Part shown: positions 25,601 through 38,900 of the stretch, piece after piece
How the letters are laid out: each line of letters opens with the position of its first letter
How positions within the stretch are numbered: position 1 is the first letter of the stretch
Assembly (NCBI GenBank): GCA_043228905.1
Contig: JBHGNT010000004.1
Span: forward strand, 3,410,001 to 3,474,000
From: Azolla caroliniana
Lineage: Eukaryota > Plantae > Polypodiophyta
DNA: 64,000 bases
Direction of reading: 5' to 3'
Notes under the pieces: model-generated
The model's input: only the letters and a program-made list of their open reading frames with translations
What the model was told of the DNA's origin: nothing
The model's database searches: none
Made by a program: the position numbers and the translations under genes

Positions 25601-26178
25601 CCATCTTGTAAAGGAGAATAAAAATTTGGAGAAGAATTCTCCTCTTTATCAAGAGACAATGCATCATGGAAGCTATTAGACATAGGAGTACCAAAGATGT
25701 CCATTGTAGAGCCTCCACCATAATGCATCGAGAAGGGAGTGGAAAACTCCGGGGGGCTGGAGCTCCCTGGAACCGACACTGACTGGTTTACCGTGACAAA
25801 TTCACTAGTAATCCGCTCATCTGAATCATATTCCCTCGGATTTTCATGTTCTGTGGGGTGGGTAGTTGGAGGAGAGTATTGAAATGTTGGACATGGAAAA
25901 TTTGTCCGAGCCGAGTCTGAAATACAACCATTGTTACTATAAGACTTAGGTGAAGAATGATGGGCATCGATTGTTGTTACTCGCTCCGAGAATTCCTCGA
26001 GGGACATGCCTATATTCTTAAGGCATCGAAGATACGAGCTCTGAGAGGTCGAGAATTTCCGTCTATGTTTCATGGCATTGTGTATCAATGATGTGTGATG
26101 TTTGCACTTCCTAACCACATCAGCCTCTGAGGTGGTCACTGATGAAGAAGAAGAAGGCAAAGATGTGGTACAACCCAT
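22605..26178 (-). CDS. DUF630/DUF632 domain protein (NRG2/APSR1-like family), 4 exons, about 790 aa
   Basis: N-terminal MGCTTS...VVRKCK...SYLRCLKNIGMSLEEF (DUF630). HIKTLQKLYAWERKLYDEVK, EELYPQLCRLLEG and LVDMWKIMSECHQAQ (DUF632). Exons 26178-24897, 24770-24610, 24088-23865, 23316-22605. The first junction is the least certain. Confidence 0.9.
24282..24621. repeat. Recent near-identical 165-bp tandem duplication in intron 2 of the DUF632 gene
   Basis: 24282-24446 and 24457-24621 read identical by eye and are separated by 10 nt (TATTGTACAT). Confidence 0.95.
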
Positions 26179-26488
26179 TACCTCTCCTACTCCTTCTGTC
26201 TGTCTCTCAATAATCCAGCATAATCACAGTAAAAATCATGTATTTCATATGAATATCCATATGTGTGTGTACAATATATACACTACAATTGCCAATAGTC
26301 GTGGTGATGCATGCTACTTATAGTACCATCTTGCTTCTGGAATTTAAAAGAAACTTGTGAAGGTTTGGAAATGATTTAACCCAATAAAATGAGCCGATTT
26401 ACTTGAGATTCTGAACTAGACGAATATATCAGAAGAAAGGGAAGAAGTTTGTGATCATCCAGTGAGCACAATACAATGATGTTCTGTT

Positions 26489-26531
<43 letters not shown>

Positions 26532-26705
26532 AGATTTGTGAAGGACCCAAAACAGGGGAAGTAGCATATCCAGCAAAGAGTAATGGAACAAGCATGGCTG
26601 CATCAAAAAATGGTCAAAATAAAATAAAATGAGATTATATATGAGAATTTAAAGAAGAAGATGTAAAGAAGAGGATGGAGATGCAAGTTGCCATCTTTTT
26701 AAGCT

Positions 26706-27002
<297 letters not shown>

Positions 27003-28441
27003 ATTCAAAGTTTTCTCATTACATGTTGGGCGATCGATCCTCGGTTACACTCTCCCAGAGTGAAGAAATTATAATACGTAGTGCATGTGCGAGCGCGCGC
27101 GCGCGTGTGTGTGTTTCGAGTGTTCGTCTTCAATTGGTGCTTGCACGCAAACTCGACCATGCAAGTGTAGTGCATTGTTTTTGTGAAAGGTATTTCAAAT
27201 GTGTAGTTTGAATCACATGTACATGACCATGTGTAAAAATTCTAGAGATCGCAAGAACTGCTTTTGTACCGCCCGAGAAACTAAACCTCAAAAGCACATT
27301 GGCAGGAATGAGATATCATGATGATACTCCAACCACGATGGGTCGATTTTACTTATATGTATTTATACACTTGATCTCAAGAAATCTTGTTGTTATTGTA
27401 TCGAGATAAGTATAGTGGGTCATATCGGCTTTTATGCAACATATACATATGATGGGAACATAAGTATTGACAAATTTTGATCTTTAAAGTGTCCAACACC
27501 TACTTTAACCAGGACCATATTCTTCCGTGACACTAAAGGCTTGTGTCGATGCATAACTTTAGCCATACCTTTACGGCCTCAACCTCGATTGATTCCTCAA
27601 TTACACCATGAACGTTTCTAGTCACTTTTAGACCCACTGAATTATTCAAAGTCTTATATATGCCTTCCTTGTAATAACATCCTTGCTAAATGAGAATGAG
27701 ATATGAATCCTCTTGTTTCATTGTTTTTATCACCTTGTTGCAATTCTTCAATAAAGTTCCGTTTCATTACGTAAAGGGAAAGTTATATGTTGTAAGTAAC
27801 TAAGAGATTCTTGTATATCAATCTCAAGTTTACTAAATTTGGCAAATTCTAATTATCACTTTTGACAAATACTAGGAGTCTAATGTTTTATAATTCGGAA
27901 GCGTGATTAAAATCTCTCTTGCTATTGTTAGAAATGTTACTATCACATTAAAGCTAACATGTTCCCCAACCACACATACTTTGGTGTCAAACATTTTTCC
28001 TATATCATTACTAAGAAATAACCCCCAATCCATGATTATAGTTCATAACCCCCCTCCCCCCCCCCCCCAAAAAAAAATAAAAATAAAAAAATCCTCTCTA
28101 CAATAAGAGGTTAGGTTGCGAAAAAGAAAAAGGGGAGTGATGAAACATGTTATCTTTCATTTTCATTAAACCATCCCCTCATTCTCACACACCAACACAT
28201 GTTCATTCATGTCAAGTCATTATGCCTTTGTTAGCACAACGATTTACTAACGATGCTACCATTTTCATAACTTATGTTAATGGAATCTCAAAAATCAAGC
28301 CAAGTTGGGCAGTACATCATTTGTGTTCAATATCTCAAATGGATATATTGTCTAATGAGTACAACATCTAACTCAATATTGGAGACACATGCCCTTAACC
28401 TTGAAGGTCTCAAAGCACGAGCTTTACCTACACACCATCGT

Positions 28442-28483
<42 letters not shown>

Positions 28484-29698
28484 TGTTGCAAGAATATCCA
28501 TATACTTGCAACATGTAATTTTCACTTCTAAAATGGTTTACCCACATTTTGTCATTTGTTTGCACTACACGAATCTCTGCTTCTAGTTGCATGCCACACA
28601 ATATGTTTACTAAAGGTTTCCCATAAAAGAATTTATGACGTGTTACAAAAACATGCATTTAGTTTGGTTAATTTTTAGTCTGTTTGCTCCCTCTTTTAAA
28701 CACGATGAAAGTGTGTCTTGTTGTCTTTAGGAAAATAAACAAAACAAGGATGTTACACTTTTCAAGTAACATTATCATGTCTTACTTGGGACAATTCACA
28801 CCATACCACGAATCTCATGTTTTTTGTAAACATTTTGTGATCAAAGATGGTGCACATCCACATGTTTTGATCAATAAACATATGGTATGTTTTCTTTACA
28901 TCTTCAATAATGGATAGTCAACAATAGGCATAATTTTGTCAACCATAATTTGTATAATACAATATGGTATGATGATTGAGTAAGACAATTATGTTGACAG
29001 ACCATGATATTGAGCAACGCACATGTTTAAATGGAAAATATTGTTGAGCATCAGTTGTTGTATTTAAATTGCTTGATTAATCACGTTTGTACGTGTTCAA
29101 ACAATTATGGGTAAACTCATCCATACCTACTTTTTTAATAGTATGTGAAATAGGGGAATGTAATCATCTACAATGCATGTATGTAGAGCTCAAAGGTGAG
29201 GGAGGTTTATCACAAATGGAAGTTTAACAACTATTATACAATGTGCGAAATGAATGAATAAGCCTTGTCATATGTCATTATACATTTGTTGTTTTTCATA
29301 TAATTCACAAGAATCTTCGATGGAGTCCAATTGTGGTCTTTATCAATGGGTACATATTATTAGTAGTGTTTGTAATATCAACTTTATTCCAGATTTTGAT
29401 GCATAGATCACATTTAGTTTTATGAAAATCGTCTCTCTCAATAAAGTTGGTTTTAACATACATAAGTACTTCAAAAAAATTATTGCAATTGTATTTGTTG
29501 ATCACACATTGGAGTGTTGTTACTAACCATTCACAAAAGCAAAAAGTTATGTTTAATGCTTGTACCACAATAAAGACCTTGAGACGTTATCCTTCTTCAT
29601 CTTCCTTAACACCATGTTAACATAATGCAACCAACTTGTCATGCAAAAGGTTATTTAGAAAGAGCGAACAATGTCATGACTTCTTGTATCTCTATGTT

Positions 29699-30153
29699 TG
29701 TTACGGGCATGACCATTTAATATCCCGTGGTGAGAATTTACCGTAGTATTCTATACACGTGGATAAGTGTGAGGGTTAAACGAGAGTGTAAAGAAGGGGA
29801 GGATTACTTTTAATCCTCGGGATTGAGACAACCCATTAGGTCAAGTGTGAACTTGCTTGGGGGCCTTGGGTATCGCTATAAATAAGAGGCCTAGCTACCC
29901 TCATTTGATCATCTTTGGACTACATCGAGACTCTGCTCTTGTGGTGGGTCAACTCTTGTAGCGAGCGCGCCAGCACCAGGTACGACTCGACGCCACGACG
30001 GTGGTATGGGACGCCGATCGAGGCTCGAGTCCGTCTCGATCCCTTCGCTCGGGGGTGGTCGGGTGGATCGACACCCTTCATTCTCTTTCTCCTTTCTATC
30101 TATCATTAGTTTATCCTTATCTTAAGCTTACTTTAGTACCTAGATCTCTAATA
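29699..30153 (+). mobile_element. Solo LTR (455 bp) with 5-bp target-site duplication
   Basis: Begins TGTTA and ends TAATA (TAACA with C>T). Flanked by ATGTT at 29694-29698 and 30154-30158. Internal TATAAAT near 29877. Confidence 0.85.
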
Positions 30154-30386
30154 ATGTTGGTGTGCACCTCCACCCACATACATGCATAATGTTTGTGTGT
30201 GCATACATGGCCCACTCCACACTCTCTATAATTAGGTAACCCCATAAATAACAAAGCAATGATTGCCCAATTTGTTACAAGGTCTAATGGGATGTGTTAA
30301 TAATTTGAAATGTGGAACAACTCAAACAAATCTTGGAAGTCCATCACCAATTATCACTTCTGAAAGAGGGGGTGCGAATTAGTCGA

Positions 30387-30420
<34 letters not shown>

Positions 30421-30499
30421 CAACAAGATTTCAATCTTGACCCTCCAAGGCCACACCACACAAGAGAGGAGAGAGAGAGAGAGGGAGATGATAAGCTAG

Positions 30500-31266
30500 C
30501 TTGTTTCAACGAGAGTCTTGGACATGTAGTACCGTTTCTTATAACACACATGAGCCTTGGAGGTTCGAGATTTTCGAAGCAATTCTTACCAGTTGGATAG
30601 TTGACATCAAAAAATGGTTCAAAAGATGGGATGCGGAAGATCTCTTAGAGCTTTCAAGTGATGTTATGAAGTATGTAGTTATTGAGGAATGATTAATGGA
30701 CCCACTAAGGAAGAAGCAGAAATATGCTTAAAGGACAAAATTAGAATATTACATTGCAAACATCAATCTTGAATGTTGGGTTCTATATAAGGCAAGAAGG
30801 CCTATTGATTGTATTTAACCTTAACCTCATTACTAACATGAGTATTCACTCTCGTAGGGCCCTAACACTCCTTTGCACTCGATCACACAACCTAGGTATT
30901 GAAGTTGCATTATGAAATCAAAATCAGCCAAATATAGAGACACGTAAGATATGCAAGGAAGGGTTATGTGGAGGATGAATATCACTTGCTTTTTACATGC
31001 TCTGCACATAGTGCAATTTGCGAAAGCTATGATAATATATTAAGAGGGGCTAATGACTTGAGTATCACACTAAAGGGAACACCCATAAGGTTGAGCTCAT
31101 ATATGTATGCCTTATTCGCATATCGAGACTTGGTGCTTCAAAGTATGAATATTCCTTCTTAGGGAAGGAAACACACATCAAGATAACCTTTGTACTCACG
31201 TCTTATGGCTCAATATCGGCCTCTTTATGGACGCCAAAAATATCGATCTATCTATCTATCTATCTA
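30500..31266 (+). mobile_element. LINE 3' remnant with (ATCT)n tail
   Basis: WIVDIKKWFKRWD (similar to the 7.5-8.8 kb LINE) and zinc-knuckle EDEYHLLFTC. Ends in ATCTATCTATCTATC near 31246-31265. Confidence 0.75.
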
Positions 31267-31503
31267 CCCCTCACAGAAGATCTTCCGACTATTGGGGGGA
31301 CACAATATTGCTCTATTGTCTCTCTCTTTCATCTTCTTTTTGTTTGTGGGCATAACTTATAAGAGTAGCAAAAGCTCTCTCTCTCTCTCTCTCTCTCATA
31401 ATTAGCGTAACTTAGTGGAAAGTTGATACACTACTAGCATTATGTCTTGGATTCAAAACCCAAAATTTGCACCTCTCTATTGCTCTATAAATATCAGACT
31501 AAC

Positions 31504-31897
31504 TAACAATCGGCAAATTTAGAAACCTGAACCGAACCGAACCACGAAACCGTTTAACCAAACCAGTAAAAAAACTTCAAACCGTTAAGCCATTAAATTG
31601 GTAAAACCGCGGTTTCGGTTTTTAGCTTAGGTCAAAATTAAAAATATTTCATTATTTAAATTTTCAAAATTTTAAAGATTTTCCTAAAATGTGAGAATAA
31701 GGCATGAAAATGAAAAAGATTGTTTTGAAACAATTTTTTAAAATTTATAAATAAAAAAATAAAGAAATTTCGTTAAAACATTTAAACCGTGGTTTCTAAC
31801 TGTTGAAACCGAACTGAACCATTAAAAAAAAAAACCCGAACCCGAACCCGAACCCGAACTGTTTAAACCGTTAAGCTGTGGTAGTTGCCGATTGTTA
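31504..31897. mobile_element. Non-autonomous hAT-like MITE
   Basis: 13-bp TIRs TAACAATCGGCAA / TTGCCGATTGTTA. 8-bp flanks AGACTAAC / AGAGTAAA (6/8 match). Many subterminal AACCG/AAACCG motifs around an AT-rich core. Confidence 0.75.
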
Positions 31898-32135
31898 AGA
31901 GTAAAACCCAGCAAGGCTTATCAAACAAATATCCCCCCTTTCTTATCTATGTATTACTCGATAATAGATAGATATCATAGTTATAGACTTTATAACTTAT
32001 TATGTAGTAACCCACCAAAGCTTTCTCAAAGAAAGACCTTCCTTCCTTCTTTTTCCCCTGTTTTCCTTTATGTAAAGGATTTTAGCTTCATCCTCTTCTC
32101 TGGAAAAGAATCAGCTCTGAACACCAGGATCGGAG

Positions 32136-32480
32136 ATGCAAAGCCAGAGTTTTGTTGGCAGGTTTCGCCTAAGGAGATCTTTTCAGGCTCTATTCGCCCA
32201 CTCTTCTCTCATCTGCTTCACTGCCCTATTGGTCGCAAAGATTACCTCTCAGATCGCACTCTCTTGGTGGTATGCTCTTTAAAGTCCCCTTTTTTAACTT
32301 CTCTCTTCTTTCAATGGCTCAATATTTCATAACTTGGGGAAATTTTGCTGCACTGGCAATCAAGGGTATGAACATTTTATATATGCATTGTACATATACA
32401 TACTTGAACATATACGTGTATTTTTTTTACCTGAGAAAATTTGCACCATTATCAACATAGGAACAGTACCTTTACCTTGA

Positions 32481-32556
<76 letters not shown>

Positions 32557-35500
32557 CTGTGATATTCACGTAAGGGCCCATTTTGCCATGTTCTAAAAAT
32601 AATGTGAGGGCACCTACAATATTGAGAATGCCTGATATCCTACTTATTGGTCTCCATTGATATTGGTGCTTGAAAATTCCTTCATAACAATCTACTTTGT
32701 TCCGAGATAACCAAAATAATGATGCATATCTCGAATTCCACTGATGAATTTTGGTTCATTAATGGCTAAATTTGTCCCCAGATTGGGATGTTTCATGAAT
32801 AAGTTTGACTCCTTGTCCTTTCCTATAATCATGTTTGAAGTGATTGTTATCTCCATTCATATTAATTTCAGAAATTTCATCCAACACAAATAACCAAATC
32901 ATAGATGAAATATCACCAATGTGTTTAGTGTATGGCAATAATATGTAAGATACTTGGTATATGGAGCCTTTGTGCCCTTTAAAATATAGTCTCATTGAGC
33001 TCAAAGTTCATGGTAAGATACTGAAGCATGGTATATTTGGCATGAGAACCCAAAACATCTTTATTTGATTTGTTGAAATACTTTTTTAAAGTGTAGAATT
33101 CAGTAGCTTTGTACTCTGTTAGTGCATATCAAGAATTTTATTGCACACTGAACTCCCTTATTCATGTTAGTGTTCTAAAATGCTTTAATCAAGAAAAAAG
33201 TGAAATTTCTAAACTGCATCATGTTTCATTATCATGTCACTGTGACCCAGGGATATAGAAATCCTGATGGGTTCAAGAATTTTAACAAATGAAATCTCGA
33301 TTCATTTTAAAGATGGTTGACAACATAGGATATTTCTTTCTTTACAGGTGGATATTTGTGCCACTATGGGTTTTCCATGCGATTGTCGCTCGAGGACGAT
33401 TTTCTTTACCCGCACCTTGTGCTCCCCATGACCGTCATGTGAATCCTTCTAGCATTGTTTTCTATAAGCATGATGAAATTTGCAATCTTTTTCCTTTGTA
33501 CGTGTGGAAGACGCCAAAATGTGTTTTTTTGACATGCAGTTTTATGCCACAGTGGGCCCCTTGCCATGCAGTTGTTGCTATCCCTCTTCTTTTGGCATTT
33601 GAAGTGTTGGTTTGTACTTATCTTGACACCCACAATGGTGAGTTCCTCTTGTGATGGAATAAGCAAGCAATATACTTTTTGATGGGATAACTGGAGTGAA
33701 AGAGAGAAGTTGATGGCAGGTGATGCTAATTCTACATTCAGTCTTAAAATAGTTTTTCTTCCTATTTTGATTCTGGAAAGCATTATTCTGATCGATAATT
33801 TCAGGTAAAATTCCTTTCAAATTTTGGAAGATGTTAAAACTTCTGGCAATACATTGACAATAATTATGTTTTTCTTGACCAGGATGTGTAAGGCATTGAT
33901 GCCAGGAGATGAAGAGAGCATGACTGATGAGGCGATATGGGAGACTCTCCCAGTAAGTAGTTTTGATTCTATATTTGCACTTTGTTGTCATTATTATAGA
34001 GATATAGTATCGTAAGCTTTAAACCTCTTTTCATATATACATACTCTAATGGTTTATGCTATGCCACAGCATTTCTGGGTTGCAGTATCAATGGTATTCT
34101 TCATAGCTGCCACAGTATTTACCCTTCTAAAGCTTGGTGGTATGATAAAACTCTCAGGGTAGATAATATCTTTAAAAGAGGAAATCATATGATTACAAAC
34201 TATGATGAGTACTTGATAAAACCTACTAAATGCTTTTTCCAGGGGATATACAAGCTCTCGGATGGTGGGACTTATTTATTAATTTTTGGTAAATCTTCTT
34301 AATATTTTTGTTTTTTCCAACTTGTAAATCTGAAAGAAGTGCTTGTAATAAATTGTGAAGTTTGTTTATTGCATTCATATGTGGAATATTTGATGAATAT
34401 CAGGGTTGCCGAAGGCTTTGCGTTCCTGGTGTGTACAAAGTGGTCAAATCCTTTGATTCAAGAGGAAGGATTACCATTACGTAGGTCAGAAAGGGCGTAT
34501 ATAATGCAAGGTTCAGCAAGCACATCTTCGGAAGGTGAAGCTAACGAAGAAGTTGACGAAGGTTTGTGTGGCTTGGAGAACATAGGAGGTCATTTCATGA
34601 AAGTACCAGTGATCTTATTCCAGATTTTACTTTGCATGAAGTTAGAGGTGGTGTTTTATGTCTGAAAGAATTGTCTTTTTTTTATCTTTCCGAGTTCATT
34701 CTCTTTTTCTCCCCCTTGCAAGTCATTCATTGTTTTGTTTGGTTTTTATCTTTTTCCTTCTCTTCTTAGGGGACTCCGAAGCAAGTAAAAAATATCCCTG
34801 TAGTGGTTGTGTTCGTACCGATTTTCGTCTTTCAAGGAGTAGTTATATGCTTCTATTTTGTGAAAATGGTTGAGAATTTCATGTTGCTGGTAAAATCAAA
34901 TCATGATGGAATCAGGGAGGAGGTCTTTCCACATTTCAGTCATGTGAAGGAATTTTGTGGTTTTCTTGACCATGGGTCTAGGTGGGGGAAAAAGTAACTT
35001 TTTAAATTTCTGTGAACTCCTAAAGACTTGAGAAATCTTAATTATCAGCATTTGTTTTCAGATTGTTTGGTTGGTGGTCAATCGATGGATGTAGCTCTGA
35101 GGAGCGAGCCTGTCTTGGGGACACCAACACATTAGAGTGAGTAAATAAATAAATAAATAAATGTTATATTTTTATATATGTATATTATAAATGATTAAAT
35201 ATACCATGAAAATCTGTAGTTTTTCAAGTTCTTATTGTCTTATTCTTATGTATCTACACATCTGTTCTTTTCATCAGGTATAATACCTTTGCTGGGTTTC
35301 CTCCACAAGTAGTGAAGAAACTGCCTAGAAAGCATTTAGCGGAGGAGGTGAAAAATTAATCATAATAGATTATTACCATTGAGAGTATTGTATTGATTGA
35401 TGCCCTGATGCTTTGGCTTAGATGATCACAAGTTTTTACTTTTGGCTATTTTTAAGGTGTGGAGATTACAAGGTGCATTAGAGGAGCAGTTCGAAAGAAC

Positions 35501-35991
35501 AAAAGTTCAGCAGGAAGCATTCCATCGTCTCCAAAATGTAAATATGTGTGTGTACAGATTTGCCTAACAAGTAATTTTTATCCAACTAGTTTTGTCATGG
35601 TGATTCAAGTAGTTTTCCATCCAAGTATTTACACAATTATTTAAAGTAGTTCTGCATCAGAAGGGGGTTTTGACATGATGATTCAAGTAGTATTTTTCTT
35701 ACTTGAGAGAGGAAATGTTTGGCTTCCATCACAGGAGAAGGTGTTGTGCAGAGTATGCTTTGAGAGGGATATTACAATTGTCCTTCTACCTTGCAAGCAT
35801 CGAGTACTATGCACGTAAGCATTACCATAGGAACAGATTCTTAATCAATGTACATATCATTTACCCATATTATATAAAATTCATATTTGTATTTTTTATT
35901 TTTGTTATCCAGTCTTTGCTCAGAGAGGTGTAAAAGCTGCCCTGTCTGCCGTGTACACATAGTGGAGCGAATGCAAGTGTATGACGTGTAA
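32136..35991 (+). CDS. Transmembrane Fragile-X-F-associated (TMEM185-like) protein with C-terminal C3HC4 RING, 14 exons, about 473 aa
   Basis: Exons 32136-32269, 33348-33438, 33553-33637, 33720-33804, 33883-33952, 34070-34139, 34243-34288, 34404-34647, 34770-34981, 35062-35136, 35278-35347, 35457-35537, 35735-35814, 35913-35991. They give ARGRFSLPAP, HDRHWAP, MPGDEESMTDEAIWETLPHFWV, GWWSID and the RING CRVCFE...LPCKHRVLC..C..CPVCR..YDV. Confidence 0.95.
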
Positions 35992-38900
35992 ATTGTGTAC
36001 ATAATTTATTTTCCACCATATATTGAACCCTTCAAAATTTTGAGAATCAATAAATATATATGTATATTGTCTTTAAAAGAGGGGTACCTAAATCTTTAGA
36101 GAAACTCCGAGAGCTTTGTACACATCATTGCTAATTCGTGCTTGTTTTTTTATTTTCTATTTGGAAAATCTCAAGTTGTCGGTTTAAGGTATTTGTCTGA
36201 TTTACTTATTGGAAAAATATATGGCAGTTTGATTGCTCTGTTATATATGATCCGGTTTCATGTATGTGGTTCTAATCATGATATTGGATTCATAAATATC
36301 CATGTCTAGTCAATGAATCAGGAACCAAAATAAATTCTTAAAGACCTACTTAAAAAATGAACCTAAGGGATGATGAATTTTAAGGGCTTACAAGTATGTC
36401 TCATCACTTTGTACTCACGGTTCTAAATGATCTGGTTTTGCTTAATGGTCTCCTGTTTTATTGAGTGATTTTGTGATCAAGTCGGTGCAGCAGACATCAT
36501 GACTCAAATAATAGCTTAGTGGAACATCATGACCAAAGTAAGGCAAGTATATTATAACCGTGATTTTGTGAATGTTGCCATTGGAAGTACCAGCTTTTCA
36601 TTTATGTGAGGGTTTGGTATCCTCTCATATTATGAGTGTTACGCGAGCTGTTATTTGAGCTTTCCATTTGTAGAAGGGTTTTAAATGCTATCATTATATA
36701 ATCTTCTTTCTGCATTCTAATAAAGAAACTAGATTGAGTGGTGCCAAGTATAATGATGGAATTGTGACCACCGAAATGCTTTTGATAGTGATTATGATTT
36801 CTCTCGTCACCGACTAGAACAAATCTCTAGAGTGTGGTACCAAACATTGTGCACTTGATGTGATATCCTATGGTTTTGAAGATTTTGAATCCAATTTTGC
36901 TTTCTAGGTCTTCAAAGTGAGTTTTTAACATATGTGAGTGACATATCATCGTCTTAGGTATTCCATTGTATATCTCATCAAGGCACTCTTGTTGTTAAAT
37001 ACTTGTCTTTTTGGATTTGGGTATACTCGCCTCGCCCTACAGGGTGGTTTAGGCTCCAGCTTATAATATGTAGTGCAGTGGGAGAATATGCATTGTTTTG
37101 TTAATATCTAGGAACCCGACATTAATAGGGATTCCATAGGCGAAACTTTGAGGAGCTTCCCTTTTATTTAGATTCTCTCACCCCACATTTATTTCAGCCT
37201 TTTCATGGTAAGGAAATGGATTTTGCTACTGGTCATGTCACATTGGACACACATATTTAATAAAATATTCTATGCGAGCAATTGCTTTCCTCTTAATGAT
37301 GTAATTATATTCTTCTGATTGATACGGATTTACAAGTTATAGAAAAGCCACAATCTTTCCTTGATAGGGTGTTCCAAAGTTTGCATCTACTTACTTTACT
37401 CGTTACTTTTTTTACAGGAGTTATTTTTTCTGTAACGTACATTTCTAACATTCCAATTGTATATTATATGCACGCTAGAATGTGCTTTTATCTTTGTAAA
37501 ACCAGTAGGGTATATCCCACTTCGTCAGCCGAAACATGAGAAATATATTTGCGTGGATTTTAGTTTATTGTAGAGTATATAGCTCAACATTTGGCTAATC
37601 AAGCCATTATGATCCCTTTTGCTCATCTTAGGAGTTCATCAGTCACAACCAATGGTAAGAGTTGACGTTTACCCACCCATTCAGTATCTTTGAAAATGCC
37701 ATGCAATAAGTAATAACATTTTGAAAGTGTTATAAGGGCTCAAATGAAAACCTTTTACTTCTCAATGTGGATAGGGGGGGAATATGTCTATTGTCCATGA
37801 AGTTGTTTTATATAGTGCCCGTTGAAAATATACCATAACATGCACCATAATTGATATGGTATATACATAATTATATAATGAGTGTACAATGTAGGTTAGG
37901 TTCCTAGCTTGTAGTAAATACTAATGCAAATAATTCTCATGATCCACAATTTCATAGCACATAAAAAGTATATGCATTATGTACCTACATTTTATTCTTT
38001 CATGCTAAGCGTGGCAATTAAAATCAATTTTTACTTGAAATATCTGGAACTTAAAACTTTTTAATTGATTAGAAGGCGCAAATTTTGTTGTGTTTTTTTT
38101 TTGCTTAGAGAGCTTAGAGAGCTATTTTGCCAAAGTGCCATCATAGAGATTTGGATGAATTAGATGAAATTTGGGAAGGATTAATGTACATTAATTAACC
38201 TAGAAGAAAGAATGTGAAGGAAAAAAAGATATTTTATTGTGAGGAAGAGAAGTTTTGCTATATCATCAGTCGCACATGAAAGAGGGGTTTCTTAGATGAA
38301 AACAAATAAAAACTTTGGGATTCTTATTGCTTGGGAGGTTCAAAATATGCGTGTTCTTGTAAGACATCACATTTTATGGGTTGTGTTGGCCATTACACAA
38401 TATGGTTTCATAGGTCGAAGGGGTATTGTCTTTGATAATGCATTGATGATTAACACAACAATGCACTGTCAAAGACAAATAGAATAAGTTACTTCCTGCT
38501 ACCTATGATGAGGGGAAAAGGGAAGTGCTAGGGCAAATGACAAAAATATTTTTCATACCTGAAAATGCATTCGTCAAGAAGGGGGGACACCCTAAACTAC
38601 AAGGGACGCATTGAATGTGGTGCAAATGCATCTATACTACAAAAATTCGGCAAATTTGCCAAAGCAATAATATATGGTATGCATATTGACAAGTGGTATT
38701 ACTTATCGATTATAGCCTCGCTTGACCAATGGGACATGGGCGGTTAGGAGTGAAGGTCTATAACACAAACGATCTTATCTCTCATGTATATCACCGAATC
38801 CAATACAATGGTTAAAATTTCGTTGGGAGACAAGTTGGAAAACATTGTTAAGATGATCAAACTAGCATGAATTGAGCACAAGTGGTAGGTTGATCAAGAA

